Source: an uncultured Planctomycetia bacterium (GTDB taxonomy: Bacteria; Omnitrophota; Gorgyraeia; 2-02-FULL-51-18). Taken from it: a stretch of DNA of 64,000 nt. Positions within the stretch are counted from its first letter, which is position 1. The number at the start of each line of letters is the position of its first letter. The notes beneath the pieces were generated by a model that was not told the DNA's origin, ran no database searches, and saw nothing but the letters and a program-made list of their open reading frames with translations. Positions 18,734 through 28,196 of the stretch are shown here, in pieces. The stretch covers positions 22,802 to 86,801 of the forward strand of contig CAYSKO010000002.1 of the NCBI GenBank assembly GCA_964431835.1, read 5' to 3'. The position numbers and the translations under genes are program-made.

Positions 18734-19125
18734 AACCGAGACCCTCGAGCGATTCCGGGCTCGTCCTCACGATCGTCGTAATCACGATCCTCATGATGCT
18801 CGGGCTTGTGGCCGCCGTCCTCAGCCTGGCGGCGAACCAGCGCCTCCTTTCCGACGAATTGAGCTCCCGGCACGTGCGCGCCTATTACCGGGCGAGGGGA
18901 GGGGTTGTGGAGGCTCGCTGGCGCATCCGGAACGACCAGACTGCGGACATCGGGGGAGGCGGGACGTTCACGAACGCCGCCTATAATCCGGCCCCTTACT
19001 TCATCGATCTCGACGCGAACGCCGTCCACACCGCACGAACGGACGACGACGACGTGCGCGTGGACATCGGCGCGTTGGATGCAGCGACGGGCGTGCGCCC
19101 GGTCGAGGTTACGGGCTTCGAATAA
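18730..19125 (+). CDS. short minor pilin, PilX/GspK-like
   Basis: G/LVL hydrophobic start without Glu5; RAYY.A.GGV.EA motif. Confidence 0.65.
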   Translation: MKPRPSSDSGLVLTIVVITILMMLGLVAAVLSLAANQRLLSDELSSRHVRAYYRARGGVVEARWRIRNDQTADIGGGGTFTNAAYNPAPYFIDLDANAVHTARTDDDDVRVDIGALDAATGVRPVEVTGFE

Positions 19126-19143
19126 TAACCTTTAATAAACCTG

Positions 19144-19172
19144 TTGCAAACCACATGGATTTCCTTTACTTT
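19144..19172 (+). promoter_or_regulatory. putative promoter TTGCAA-17bp-TACTTT
   Basis: Intergenic; preceded by the same AACCTTTAATAA motif as the pilin promoter. Confidence 0.45.
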
Positions 19173-19219
19173 AATCGCATGCTCGCCCGCCTAAGCACCT
19201 CGCCGGAACGGAAGGACTC

Positions 19220-20011
19220 TTGAGCAAACGGACATGGGCCGTCTTTCTCGCGGCCACCACATTCCTCATCACCGGATTCACCATCTTCCTCCTTTATAAC
19301 AGCCGGGAGGCCGAGAAGAAGATCCGCGTCCAGAAGGAGGTCGAGCTTTCCAAGAAGATGGTGGAGCTCACCGAGAAGCAGGGGCAGATATCCACTCTCC
19401 TCAAGCAGAAGCTCGATCTCGAAGAACAGTTCCACGTCAAGATCGCCTCGCTCGAGACGACCATCAAGGATTATGAGGAAAACTCCAAGGCCGCTGCGGC
19501 GCGTATGGAGGCGGTGCTCGAGGAGAACGAAACCCTGAAGCGCGACTTATCCGCGCGGGACAAGAAGATGTCCGACCTGACCCGCCGCATGCGCACTCTT
19601 GAATCCGACAAAACGGACCTTCTCGAATCCCTTTCCAAGAAGGCCACCGCGAAGGCCACCGAGAACGCTTCCTCAGCCGTCCCTGCCGGAGACGAGCGTC
19701 CCGCCGTGACGGGCGATTTCGGCGCGCCCGAGGTGAACCCGGTGAAGCTCGGCAAGATCGTGGTTCAGAAATCGTCCGGCCGCGCGGCGCGGGTCGAACA
19801 CATTGACAAACTTTACGGATTCATCGTCATCAACGCCGGCGCGAAGGACGGTCTTCGTGCGAATTCGGTCGTGAACATCGTCCGCGGGAACAAGCTCATC
19901 GGCAAGGCGGTCGTTCAAAAGGTACGCCCCGACATCTCGGCCGCGACGGTGATGTCCGAATGGACGCGCGACGAGATCAAAGTCGGCGACATGGTTAGCC
20001 GGTTTTCCTAA
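19220..20011 (+). CDS. membrane-anchored coiled-coil protein with C-terminal beta domain (FlgT-C-like)
   Basis: N-terminal TM, heptad region, FIVINAGAKDGL and IKVGD motifs. Confidence 0.55.
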   Translation: MSKRTWAVFLAATTFLITGFTIFLLYNSREAEKKIRVQKEVELSKKMVELTEKQGQISTLLKQKLDLEEQFHVKIASLETTIKDYEENSKAAAARMEAVLEENETLKRDLSARDKKMSDLTRRMRTLESDKTDLLESLSKKATAKATENASSAVPAGDERPAVTGDFGAPEVNPVKLGKIVVQKSSGRAARVEHIDKLYGFIVINAGAKDGLRANSVVNIVRGNKLIGKAVVQKVRPDISAATVMSEWTRDEIKVGDMVSRFS

Positions 20012-20065
20012 AGTCCGGGGCCGCCTCCCTTGTCCGGCGCCCTTTTTCGTGGTTTACTTCTTAAG

Positions 20066-20776
20066 ATGAAACTTCCCCCCTTAGCCTCCGCGCTCGCGGC
20101 CGTCACTACTCTTGTTTGCGTCTCCATGCCCGCTTTCGCGGACGTCGTCCGCCTCAAGAACGGGCGAGACCTTTCCGGAACCGTTTCCAAGGCCAACGAC
20201 GGCACGCTCGCGCTTGCGATCGCCGGCGGCGTCGTAAAGCTCGATCCGGAAGACGTCGAATGGACGGTCCGCGGCACGGACGAGGAAATTGAGGGCAAAC
20301 GCCGCGCGGCCTCTCAGTACGAGCGCGCCGAGCTGGCACGCGAAGCGGGGAATTGGGTCGTGGCAGCCGAAGCGTACGAGCGTGCCGCCGAACTCACGGC
20401 GAGCGCCGATCTTTTGAACAACGCAGGCACGGCCTGGGCACAGGCGGGGAACATCGACCGCGCCGTGCCGCAATTTCGCCGGGCCCTTTCCGAGAATCCT
20501 TCCCATGCGGCCGCGCGGCGCAATCTCGCAGCGGCTCTCCGCGAACGCGGCGCGGCGTCCTACGCCAAAGGCGAATTCGAAGCCGCGCTCCTTTTGTGGC
20601 GCGAGGCGTTGAGGCTTTCCGGCGGCGGCGCCGATCTTCTGAACGACTTGGGCTCTTCGCATGGCATGCTCGGCAACCGTGCGGCCGCCGAGCGCTTCTA
20701 CAAGAAGGCGCTCCGCGTCGCGGCGGGCCACGGGACGGCCTCGCGGAATCTGCGTACGCTGGCGGGGAACGCGTGA
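20066..20776 (+). CDS. exported TPR protein
   Basis: Signal peptide; DVVRLKNG beta domain; repeated LNN.G....G...A....RRAL TPR motifs. Confidence 0.75.
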   Translation: MKLPPLASALAAVTTLVCVSMPAFADVVRLKNGRDLSGTVSKANDGTLALAIAGGVVKLDPEDVEWTVRGTDEEIEGKRRAASQYERAELAREAGNWVVAAEAYERAAELTASADLLNNAGTAWAQAGNIDRAVPQFRRALSENPSHAAARRNLAAALRERGAASYAKGEFEAALLLWREALRLSGGGADLLNDLGSSHGMLGNRAAAERFYKKALRVAAGHGTASRNLRTLAGNA

Positions 20777-21942
20777 AACGCGCCCGCGGGTTCACGCTCG
20801 TCGAGATTCTGATCGCCGTCACGGTGCTCGGCGTGCTGACGGCTCTGGCGTCCATCACCTATTTCCGCCACCGCGAGAACGCGATTCGCGCCGAGGCGCT
20901 CATCAACATGGACGCCATCCGCCGCGCCGAGCTCCTCGAGCACGAGGCGACCGGGACCTACGCGAACGCCGGCGACACCGCCGCGATCAACGGCCAGTTC
21001 GGCCTCGGCATCACCGAGCATCATTATTCCTACAGCGTGGTCGACGCCACCGACAACGATTTCCGGATCGTCGCCCAGAGACTCGGTTCACTGGGGGACG
21101 AGGGCTTGCCGGTTCTGCTGGCGATGGCACCGAGCGGGGAAATATTCGGAGCACCGGTGCCGCCCGCGGTGCCAGAAGCTCCCGGAGTCCGTCCGACGAC
21201 GTCCGGCGGCGGGTCCGCCGGCGGCGTTTCGTCCGGAGGCGGAGGCGGCAGTGGCATGCCTTCCGGCCAAACCGGAGGTGGCGGCGCCACGGGACGCACC
21301 GGTGGCGGCTCGGTCAGCGGCGCGGCGGGGAACGTGCCGGGAGCCGGCGGCGACCGGCCGCTCGTGTACATTCCGCGGGGTCTCGACGTCTGGGACAACT
21401 GGCCCGACGAAAACGAGATCAACGTCGACGGTCCCGTCGGTGAAGCCTCGCTTCTCGAGGCCTTCACGCTGATACAGAACGAATCGTCGACTTCCGCCAC
21501 GACCGCGGATCTTTTCCGAAAAGCAGTGTCCATTTCGTTTGGCGCGGCGGCGCTCTTCTTGGAAGACGCGCCCTGCGAATTCGCTTACGCCTGCTTTGTT
21601 CCGTCTCCTCTTTCGGTGCCGCCGGATACGCCCGCTCCACTGCCGCAGATTCTCTTCAACCCGGATTACGTCGATGAGGAACCCGAAGCGCTCGCCGCGA
21701 TCCTCGTCCACGAGGGCACTCACCTCCAGCAGTATCTCGACGCGACTCTCTTCGACGACGAGTTGGACGTGATCGACATCGAGTTCACCGCTTTTTGGAA
21801 TTCGGCTGTTTACTGGAAAGAAGTCCGCGCCGAGCAGCTGCCTGCGGACACCGACCTCGAAGAGGATTTGGAATTCATCTACCAGACGGCCCTCCTGGGC
21901 GAGGCCGCCATGCGGGCTCTCATCGACGCGCGTTACCCGTGA
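20773..21942 (+). CDS. type IV pilin fused via Pro/Gly linker to a putative HExxH zinc metallopeptidase domain
   Basis: GTG 20773; RG/FTLVE; Gly-rich linker; LVHEGTHLQQ followed by D.EF.AF. Confidence 0.75.
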   Translation: MKRARGFTLVEILIAVTVLGVLTALASITYFRHRENAIRAEALINMDAIRRAELLEHEATGTYANAGDTAAINGQFGLGITEHHYSYSVVDATDNDFRIVAQRLGSLGDEGLPVLLAMAPSGEIFGAPVPPAVPEAPGVRPTTSGGGSAGGVSSGGGGGSGMPSGQTGGGGATGRTGGGSVSGAAGNVPGAGGDRPLVYIPRGLDVWDNWPDENEINVDGPVGEASLLEAFTLIQNESSTSATTADLFRKAVSISFGAAALFLEDAPCEFAYACFVPSPLSVPPDTPAPLPQILFNPDYVDEEPEALAAILVHEGTHLQQYLDATLFDDELDVIDIEFTAFWNSAVYWKEVRAEQLPADTDLEEDLEFIYQTALLGEAAMRALIDARYP

Positions 21943-22571
21943 CGCGTCGGACCGCGATCGTCGGCACCGCCGCCGCGCTCGTTCTTCTCGGGTTCTTTTC
22001 GCTCGCCGCCCTCTTCTGGCCTTCGTTTCCCGGCAAGTCCGATTCCCAGTCGTACATCCGGTGGCGCGGCGACAAAGAGCCTTTACACGTTTCGTTCGAC
22101 GTCCCCGAAGGGTGGCGCTTGGCGCTCGACCGCGGCCGTATCGAGCGTTTCGAGCAGGTGCTCGTGAAAGGCCCGCGCAACGCCGACGATACCTATTCGG
22201 CCCTCCTCGTCGTGCGCGCCACGCCGTCCGCTTCAAAGGGCGGCAAGTTCGCTGGCGCACGTGAGTTCGCCGCCGACTACCGCCGCCACCTGTACACCGG
22301 CCATTCCGTCGTGGCAGACCGCGCGTCGCGCGTGGCAGGGGAGCCCGCGATCGACCTCACGGTCGCGTACGTCGTGCCGCCCTTGCGCGTCAAACCGGCG
22401 CGTGGAGAACCTCTAAAGCCCATCCCTGTTCCGGTGCAAAGCCGGACCGTCTTCTTCGAGCGCGGCGGCTGGATTTACGAACTCATCCTCTCCTCCGATC
22501 GCCGCGAATTTGCCGCTCACGCTCCGAACTTCGAACGCCTGGCGGAAAGTTTCCGCTTCGGCGACTCCTAA
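21939..22571 (+). CDS. membrane-anchored PsbP/DcrB-like fold protein
   Basis: GTG 21939 overlaps previous stop; TM; SFDVPEGW, VAGEPA and F..LAESFRF motifs. Confidence 0.55.
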   Translation: MTRRTAIVGTAAALVLLGFFSLAALFWPSFPGKSDSQSYIRWRGDKEPLHVSFDVPEGWRLALDRGRIERFEQVLVKGPRNADDTYSALLVVRATPSASKGGKFAGAREFAADYRRHLYTGHSVVADRASRVAGEPAIDLTVAYVVPPLRVKPARGEPLKPIPVPVQSRTVFFERGGWIYELILSSDRREFAAHAPNFERLAESFRFGDS

Positions 22572-22610
22572 GGCTATACACTCCCGCCGTCGGGCGTTAT
22601 AATACCGACC

Positions 22611-24638
22611 ATGACAACGAAAAAATACGTCCTGAAGGGCGGCACGCACGACCCCGGCCTCTTCAGCATCGATTACAAAAAAGAGCTCAACGACGCCCAG
22701 TTCGGAGTCGCGACTGGCGGTGAGGGGCCGTGCCTCGTGCTTGCGGGCGCCGGAAGCGGCAAAACGCGGACGCTCATTTACCGCGTGGCGTACCTCCTCG
22801 AGCGCGGCACCCGCGCGGACGAGATCCTTCTCGTTACGTTCACGAACAAGGCAGCCCACGAAATGCGCACCCGGGTCGAGGCGCTTCTGCAGGGGAAGGC
22901 GAAGGGCCTCTGGTGCGGGACGTTTCACCACATCGGAAACCGGATCCTTCGCATGCACGGTCAGCACATCGGACTCCATCCGAGTTTCGGTATCCTGGAC
23001 GACGAGGACAGCCGGGATCTCGTGAAAGCGTGCGTGAAGTCGCTCGATATTCGCACCGGAGACGCGCGTTTTCCGAAGCCCGGCGTCGTTCAGTCGATCT
23101 TGAGCTTCTCGGTGAACGCGAAGATGCCCGTCACGGACGTCGTCTACCGCAATTACCCCTATTTTTCACCGTACGTGAAAGACTTCGAGAATATCAAGAC
23201 GCTCTACGACGAGAAGAAGAGGAAGACCGGCAATCTCGATTTCGACGATCTCCTTGTCCGGTGGATCGAACTCGTGACGACGTCGGAAGCCGTACGCGAA
23301 CGCCTGTCGTCGCAGTTCCGTTACGTGCTGGTCGACGAGTACCAGGACACGAACCGCCTTCAGCAGGAGCTCGTGCGCGTGGTCTCCTCGCGCCACAAGA
23401 ACCTCCTCGTCGTCGGCGACGACGCGCAGTCGATCTACTCGTTCCGTGCGGCCGACGTGAAAAACATCCTCAATTTTCCAGAAACTTTTCCGGGTGCGTC
23501 CATCTGCAAGCTCGAGACGAACTACCGTTCGACGCGTTCCGTCCTCGAGCTCGCCAATCACAGCATCAAGCACAACGTGCACCAATTCCCGAAGAACTTG
23601 AAGAGCGTGCACGGCGAGGGCCAAAAACCGCAGTTCGTGAAGGTGCGGGATTCGCGTCAGGAAGGCGCCTTCGTCGCCCAGCGCATCCTGGAGCTCAAAG
23701 AAGCCGACGTCGACTTCGCGAACGTCGCGGTGCTTTTCCGGGCGCGCTACCAGGCGGCGGAGCTCGAAATGGAATTGGCGCGTCGGGGAATCCCGTACGT
23801 CATACGCGGCGGCGTCCGCTTCTTCGAACAAGCGCACATCAAGGACGTGCTTTCTTATCTTAAGCTCCTTGTGAATCCGATGGACGAGATCTCCTGGACG
23901 CGCGCGCTCACGCTCCAGCCGGGGATCGGCGGGGGATACGCCGAGAAGATCTTCCGGCTCGTCGAACAAGCGGGCGGGGACCTGACAATCGCAGTGGCGC
24001 CCGAATTCGGGCAGCAGCTGCCCGCGAAAGTACGCGACGGGCTGAACGGCTTCAAGAAAACCGTCCGGTCTCTCTTGCGTGACGACAAAGAGGAGCGTCC
24101 CGACACGCTCGTTGAACAGGTGCTTGAGAACGGCTACAACAAACACGTCCTCATGAACTTCGACAACGCCAAGGACCGTCTGGAAGATCTGCGAGAGCTC
24201 GTGAACTTCGCCCACACCTACAAGAGCCTTAAAGAGTTTCTCGCGGACGTGACGCTTCGCGACAGCTTCAAGGGAGAAACCATCCTCGAGGCGGCGCCCG
24301 AAGAAAAGCCGGACGAACTGATCCTCTCGACCATCCACCAGGCGAAGGGCCTCGAGTGGAAGGCCGTTTTCGTGATCGGGCTCTCGGAAGGTCTTTTCCC
24401 GCACGCCAAGTCCATGGAGAAGGAAGACGAGCTCGAGGAAGAACGGCGTCTTTTCTACGTCGCCGTCACGCGCGCGAAAGAAGAGCTCACGCTGATCCAC
24501 CCTATGACCCGGTTCGACTACAGCGCGGGGACCATCATCAGCCGGCCATCCGCGTTCGTGCTCGAGCTCCCGCATCACGTCTACGACGAAGTCGAAGTCG
24601 AGGAGAGCGAGGAAGAGGAAACGATCTACCTTGACTGA
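22611..24638 (+). CDS. UvrD/PcrA/Rep SF1 DNA helicase
   Basis: AGAGSGKT, TFTNKAA, VDEYQDTN, VGDDAQSIY, NYRS, TIHQAKGLEW, EERRLFYVAVTRA. Confidence 0.95.
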   Translation: MTTKKYVLKGGTHDPGLFSIDYKKELNDAQFGVATGGEGPCLVLAGAGSGKTRTLIYRVAYLLERGTRADEILLVTFTNKAAHEMRTRVEALLQGKAKGLWCGTFHHIGNRILRMHGQHIGLHPSFGILDDEDSRDLVKACVKSLDIRTGDARFPKPGVVQSILSFSVNAKMPVTDVVYRNYPYFSPYVKDFENIKTLYDEKKRKTGNLDFDDLLVRWIELVTTSEAVRERLSSQFRYVLVDEYQDTNRLQQELVRVVSSRHKNLLVVGDDAQSIYSFRAADVKNILNFPETFPGASICKLETNYRSTRSVLELANHSIKHNVHQFPKNLKSVHGEGQKPQFVKVRDSRQEGAFVAQRILELKEADVDFANVAVLFRARYQAAELEMELARRGIPYVIRGGVRFFEQAHIKDVLSYLKLLVNPMDEISWTRALTLQPGIGGGYAEKIFRLVEQAGGDLTIAVAPEFGQQLPAKVRDGLNGFKKTVRSLLRDDKEERPDTLVEQVLENGYNKHVLMNFDNAKDRLEDLRELVNFAHTYKSLKEFLADVTLRDSFKGETILEAAPEEKPDELILSTIHQAKGLEWKAVFVIGLSEGLFPHAKSMEKEDELEEERRLFYVAVTRAKEELTLIHPMTRFDYSAGTIISRPSAFVLELPHHVYDEVEVEESEEEETIYLD

Positions 24639-25875
24639 TTCCCGGAAAGGCGGCCTCCTCGCGGTCTTCGTGACCGTTCTCATCGATCTCATCGGCTTCG
24701 GGATCATCCTCCCGAATCTTGCGTTCTTCGCGTCGGATTACGGCGCGTCTCCGGTCGTCGTCGGCCTCCTGTACAGCAGCTACTCGGTCGCTCAGCTTTT
24801 CTTCTCGCCCTTCTGGGGCTCTCTCTCGGACCGCATCGGCCGGCGGCCGGTGATGATCGTAAGCACGCTCGGCTCGGCGCTTTCCTACGTTCTTCTGGGT
24901 TTCTCGAACGGCATCGTGGCTCTCTTCGTGTCCCGCATCTTCGCGGGTGCCATGGCGGGCAATATCTCGGCCGCGCAGGCGTACGTATCCGATGTCACCA
25001 CGCCGGAGAACCGCGCGCGCGGCATGGGTCTCATCGGGGCGGCTTTCGGCGTCGGCTTCGTGCTCGGCCCCGCGATCGGCGCGGCGCTCGCGCACGTGCC
25101 TTTCGACGGAGAGCTCGTCGCGCGGTTCCCGCACGCTCCGGTCGGATTTTTCGCGGCAGCCCTTTCGCTTGCGAGTTTTTTCCTCGTCGTCTTCGTGCTT
25201 CCCGAGACCGTCCAGCGGGCCGCTAAGAACGACGCCGCGCGCCCCGTCAAAATGAGCGTCGTTTCCCCGGCGTTCTGGAAGCTCGTGCTCGGCGGGGGGA
25301 GGGGACTGCCCCTTCTTTTCTTCTGCATGTTCATGGCGACGTTCGGGCAAGCCAGCATCTACGGCGCGTTTCCGCTTTATTGCAAGGAACAACTCGGCCT
25401 CTCGCTGGGCGACGTGGCTTACCAATACGTGTTCGTCGGCGTCCTTTCCGCGCTCGTTCAGGGCGGCGCGATCCGCCCGCTCGTGAAACGGTTCGGTGAA
25501 AATCCGCTCTTCGTCACGGGTTCCGCGCTCATGGCCGCGGGCTTGGCGGCGATCGGGGTCGTGGGTTCCCGCGCCGGTCTCTTCGTTTCCATCGGACTCA
25601 TGTCGATCGGATGGAGCCTCGTCCTGCCCACGCTCACGAGCCTCGTCTCGAAACGTTCCGACGCGCGGCTCTACGGCGCCACGCTCGGCGCGTCGCAGGC
25701 GATGGGCGCGCTTGGGCGCGCGGTCGGTCCGGGATGGGGAGGCTTTTTGTACGGCCTTCACTTCCGCCTGCCGTTTCTTTTGACCGCCGGCCTGCTCGTT
25801 TTCATGGTCGCCGCGAGCGCCGCGTTCGCCGGGTCGCGCGCGAATGTTGACACCGAACCCGCGCATTTGCCATAA
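24631..25875 (+). CDS. MFS transporter, TetA/DHA1-like
   Basis: G.LSDRIGRRP motif A; GFVLGPAIG motif C; about 12 TM. Confidence 0.9.
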   Translation: MTDSRKGGLLAVFVTVLIDLIGFGIILPNLAFFASDYGASPVVVGLLYSSYSVAQLFFSPFWGSLSDRIGRRPVMIVSTLGSALSYVLLGFSNGIVALFVSRIFAGAMAGNISAAQAYVSDVTTPENRARGMGLIGAAFGVGFVLGPAIGAALAHVPFDGELVARFPHAPVGFFAAALSLASFFLVVFVLPETVQRAAKNDAARPVKMSVVSPAFWKLVLGGGRGLPLLFFCMFMATFGQASIYGAFPLYCKEQLGLSLGDVAYQYVFVGVLSALVQGGAIRPLVKRFGENPLFVTGSALMAAGLAAIGVVGSRAGLFVSIGLMSIGWSLVLPTLTSLVSKRSDARLYGATLGASQAMGALGRAVGPGWGGFLYGLHFRLPFLLTAGLLVFMVAASAAFAGSRANVDTEPAHLP

Positions 25876-25887
25876 TCCCGCAACCCT

Positions 25888-26778
25888 ATGAGCGACCAAA
25901 CACCCAAACCCGACAGCGGCCGTAAGCTTTTCTTCGGACTCTTCGTTTTTCCACTCGTCATCGTCGCGGGTATGATCGCGATGGTGCTGACGATCGTGCT
26001 TCTTACGCACGAGGACGAAACCCCTGAGTCGCTCGTGGCCGCCATCAAGACCGGTTCCGAACGCAAGCGCTGGCAGAAGGCGAGCGAGCTTTCGAACGAG
26101 CTGAACCGCCGTAAACCCGGTCCGCGCGACGCGGCTCTTGCCCGCGACATGATCCTCATGCTCGGCGACGCCGCGCGTTACGACGCGAAGACTCGCTCCT
26201 ACATGGCGGCCGCACTCGGCCACTTCAAAGGGGAGGACGGGGTCGAGGAAGCACTCCGCCGCGCTCTTTCCGCGGACGCGGACTCCGAGGTCCGTTTCTA
26301 CGCGCTTTGGTCCATCGGGACGATCGGTTCCAAGGCGGCCATCCCGGACATCCTCTCGCTCCTTCGAAGCGGCGACGAAGCGGTGCGCGTCAACGCGGTT
26401 TACGTGCTGGGCGCCATCGGCGACCCGTCTTCGACTGGCCCGCTCCGCGTGATGCTCGACGACGCGGCGCTGGACGTCCGCTGGAACGCCGCGCTCTCGC
26501 TGGCGCGTCTCGGGGACCCTTCCGGCTTTCCGGTCCTCGTCGCGATGCTCGACCGGTCTCAATTGGAAGGAAAGAGTCTTCCCGAAGACCGCGTGGAACG
26601 CGTCATGATCAATGCCGTCAAAGGTTTAGCCTTGATTCCGGGGGCCGACTCCATTAAAATCTTGGAATCCGTTTCGCGCGGCGAAAAGAATCTCCGTGTG
26701 CGGCAGGCCGCGATGGATGCGTTGGCGTATCAAAAGAATCAGGACTCTGGTAAAATGGGGACTTCCGAAAAGGCATGA
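25888..26778 (+). CDS. membrane-anchored HEAT-repeat protein
   Basis: TM followed by repeated VR..A..LG.IG units. Confidence 0.8.
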   Translation: MSDQTPKPDSGRKLFFGLFVFPLVIVAGMIAMVLTIVLLTHEDETPESLVAAIKTGSERKRWQKASELSNELNRRKPGPRDAALARDMILMLGDAARYDAKTRSYMAAALGHFKGEDGVEEALRRALSADADSEVRFYALWSIGTIGSKAAIPDILSLLRSGDEAVRVNAVYVLGAIGDPSSTGPLRVMLDDAALDVRWNAALSLARLGDPSGFPVLVAMLDRSQLEGKSLPEDRVERVMINAVKGLALIPGADSIKILESVSRGEKNLRVRQAAMDALAYQKNQDSGKMGTSEKA

Positions 26779-27362
26779 GCGAACCTACACCTCCCGCGAA
26801 CGTCCAGCCCGTACCCGCGACGCCGAAACCGGCCGTCGCCGCCGTACCGTCGACACCGAACGCCGGTGGCAGCGCGAAAATGGATCGCCGCGGTTTCTTT
26901 TCCTGGTTCGGCTTCGCCTGGCTCAGCTTCGCCGCGGCGACCGGCGGCGCCCTTTCCATCCTCCTCCGTTACCTTTTTCCGAACGTCGTGTTCGAACCGC
27001 CGACCTCCTTCAAGGCCGGCTTTCCCGGGGATTACGAAATCGGCATCGTGGACGAACGCTGGAAGGAAAAGTTCGGCGTCTGGCTCGTCAAGACGGCGGA
27101 GGGGATGTACGCGCTCTCCACGACGTGCACCCATCTTGGCTGCACGCCAAACTGGCAGAGCGGCGAAAACAAGTTCAAGTGCCCGTGTCACGGTTCGGGC
27201 TTCTACAAGACCGGGATCAACTTCGAGGGCCCGGCGCCGCGCCCGCTCGAACGCTACCGTATCCAGCTGGCAGACGACGGCCAAATCATGATCGACAAGT
27301 CCAAAAAATTCCAGCAGGAAAAGGGCGAGTGGAACAGCTCCGAATCGTTCCTTCCTATATAA
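26775..27362 (+). CDS. Rieske iron-sulfur subunit of a bc-type complex
   Basis: Tat motif DRRGFF; CTHLGC and CPCHGS; GPAPRPL. Confidence 0.95.
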   Translation: MSEPTPPANVQPVPATPKPAVAAVPSTPNAGGSAKMDRRGFFSWFGFAWLSFAAATGGALSILLRYLFPNVVFEPPTSFKAGFPGDYEIGIVDERWKEKFGVWLVKTAEGMYALSTTCTHLGCTPNWQSGENKFKCPCHGSGFYKTGINFEGPAPRPLERYRIQLADDGQIMIDKSKKFQQEKGEWNSSESFLPI

Positions 27363-27374
27363 GGGACAGACGCC

Positions 27375-28196
27375 ATGGCCGATAACCCGACCCCCACGCC
27401 CCCGCAGCCTAAGAAAGAAAAATTCAATCTCGGGAAATACGTCACCGAGACTCAGGTCTATAAGTCGATGTTCCGGCACGGCTACTCCACCTCCGACCGT
27501 GACCGGGCGCTTTCGGTTATGACGAACGTCTTCTTCCATCTGCATCCGGTGAAGGTCCGCAAATCCGGCGCGCGTTTCGGTTTCACCTGGTGCGCGGGCG
27601 GCTTGTCGTTCTTCGTTTTCCTCACGCTCGTCGTCTCCGGGATCCTCCTCATGTTCTACTACCGCCCCACGGTCGAGCATGCGTACAACGACATCATGGC
27701 GCTGCGCGAGCACGTTCCTTTCGGCATCATGCGCGAGCTGCACCGGTGGGGCGCGCACGCGATGATCATCACGGTGTGGTTGCACATGTTCCGCGTGTTC
27801 ATGACCGGCTCTTACAAACCGCCGCGCGAGTTCAACTGGATCATCGGCGTCATCCTGCTCGTTCTGACGATGCTCTTGAGCTTCACCGGCTACCTGCTTC
27901 CGTGGGATCAGCTGGCGATGTGGGCCATCACGGTCGGCTCGAACATGGCCCGCGCGACCCCGTTCCTCGGCCACGAGGGTCCCGGCGCCCAGATGCTCGC
28001 AATCGGCGACATTCAGCTTGTGACCTCCGGCAGCGACGTGCGTTTCGCGCTTCTCGGCGGGCGCTTCGTCGGACAGGGTGCCCTCCTTCGTTTCTACATC
28101 CTCCACTGCGTGGCGATCCCGACCGCGCTCGTCATCCTGATGTCGGTGCACTTCTGGCGCATCCGCAAGGACGGCGGCATTAGCGGCCCGCTTTGA
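27375..28196 (+). CDS. cytochrome b, b6-like N-terminal half
   Basis: [29 protein letters not shown] heme ligands. Confidence 0.93.
   Translation: MADNPTPTPPQPKKEKFNLGKYVTETQVYKSMFRHGYSTSDRDRALSVMTNVFFHLHPVKVRKSGARFGFTWCAGGLSFFVFLTLVVSGILLMFYYRPTVEHAYNDIMALREHVPFGIMRELHRWGAHAMIITVWLHMFRVFMTGSYKPPREFNWIIGVILLVLTMLLSFTGYLLPWDQLAMWAITVGSNMARATPFLGHEGPGAQMLAIGDIQLVTSGSDVRFALLGGRFVGQGALLRFYILHCVAIPTALVILMSVHFWRIRKDGGISGPL

Noticed and set aside
21180-21350. GGC-rich tandem repeat or array
   Set aside because: Encodes the Gly-rich linker of the pilin fusion; no regular repeat unit
24631-25875. Tetracycline resistance gene
   Set aside because: Only generic DHA1 MFS motifs; no tetR or mobile context; substrate unknown
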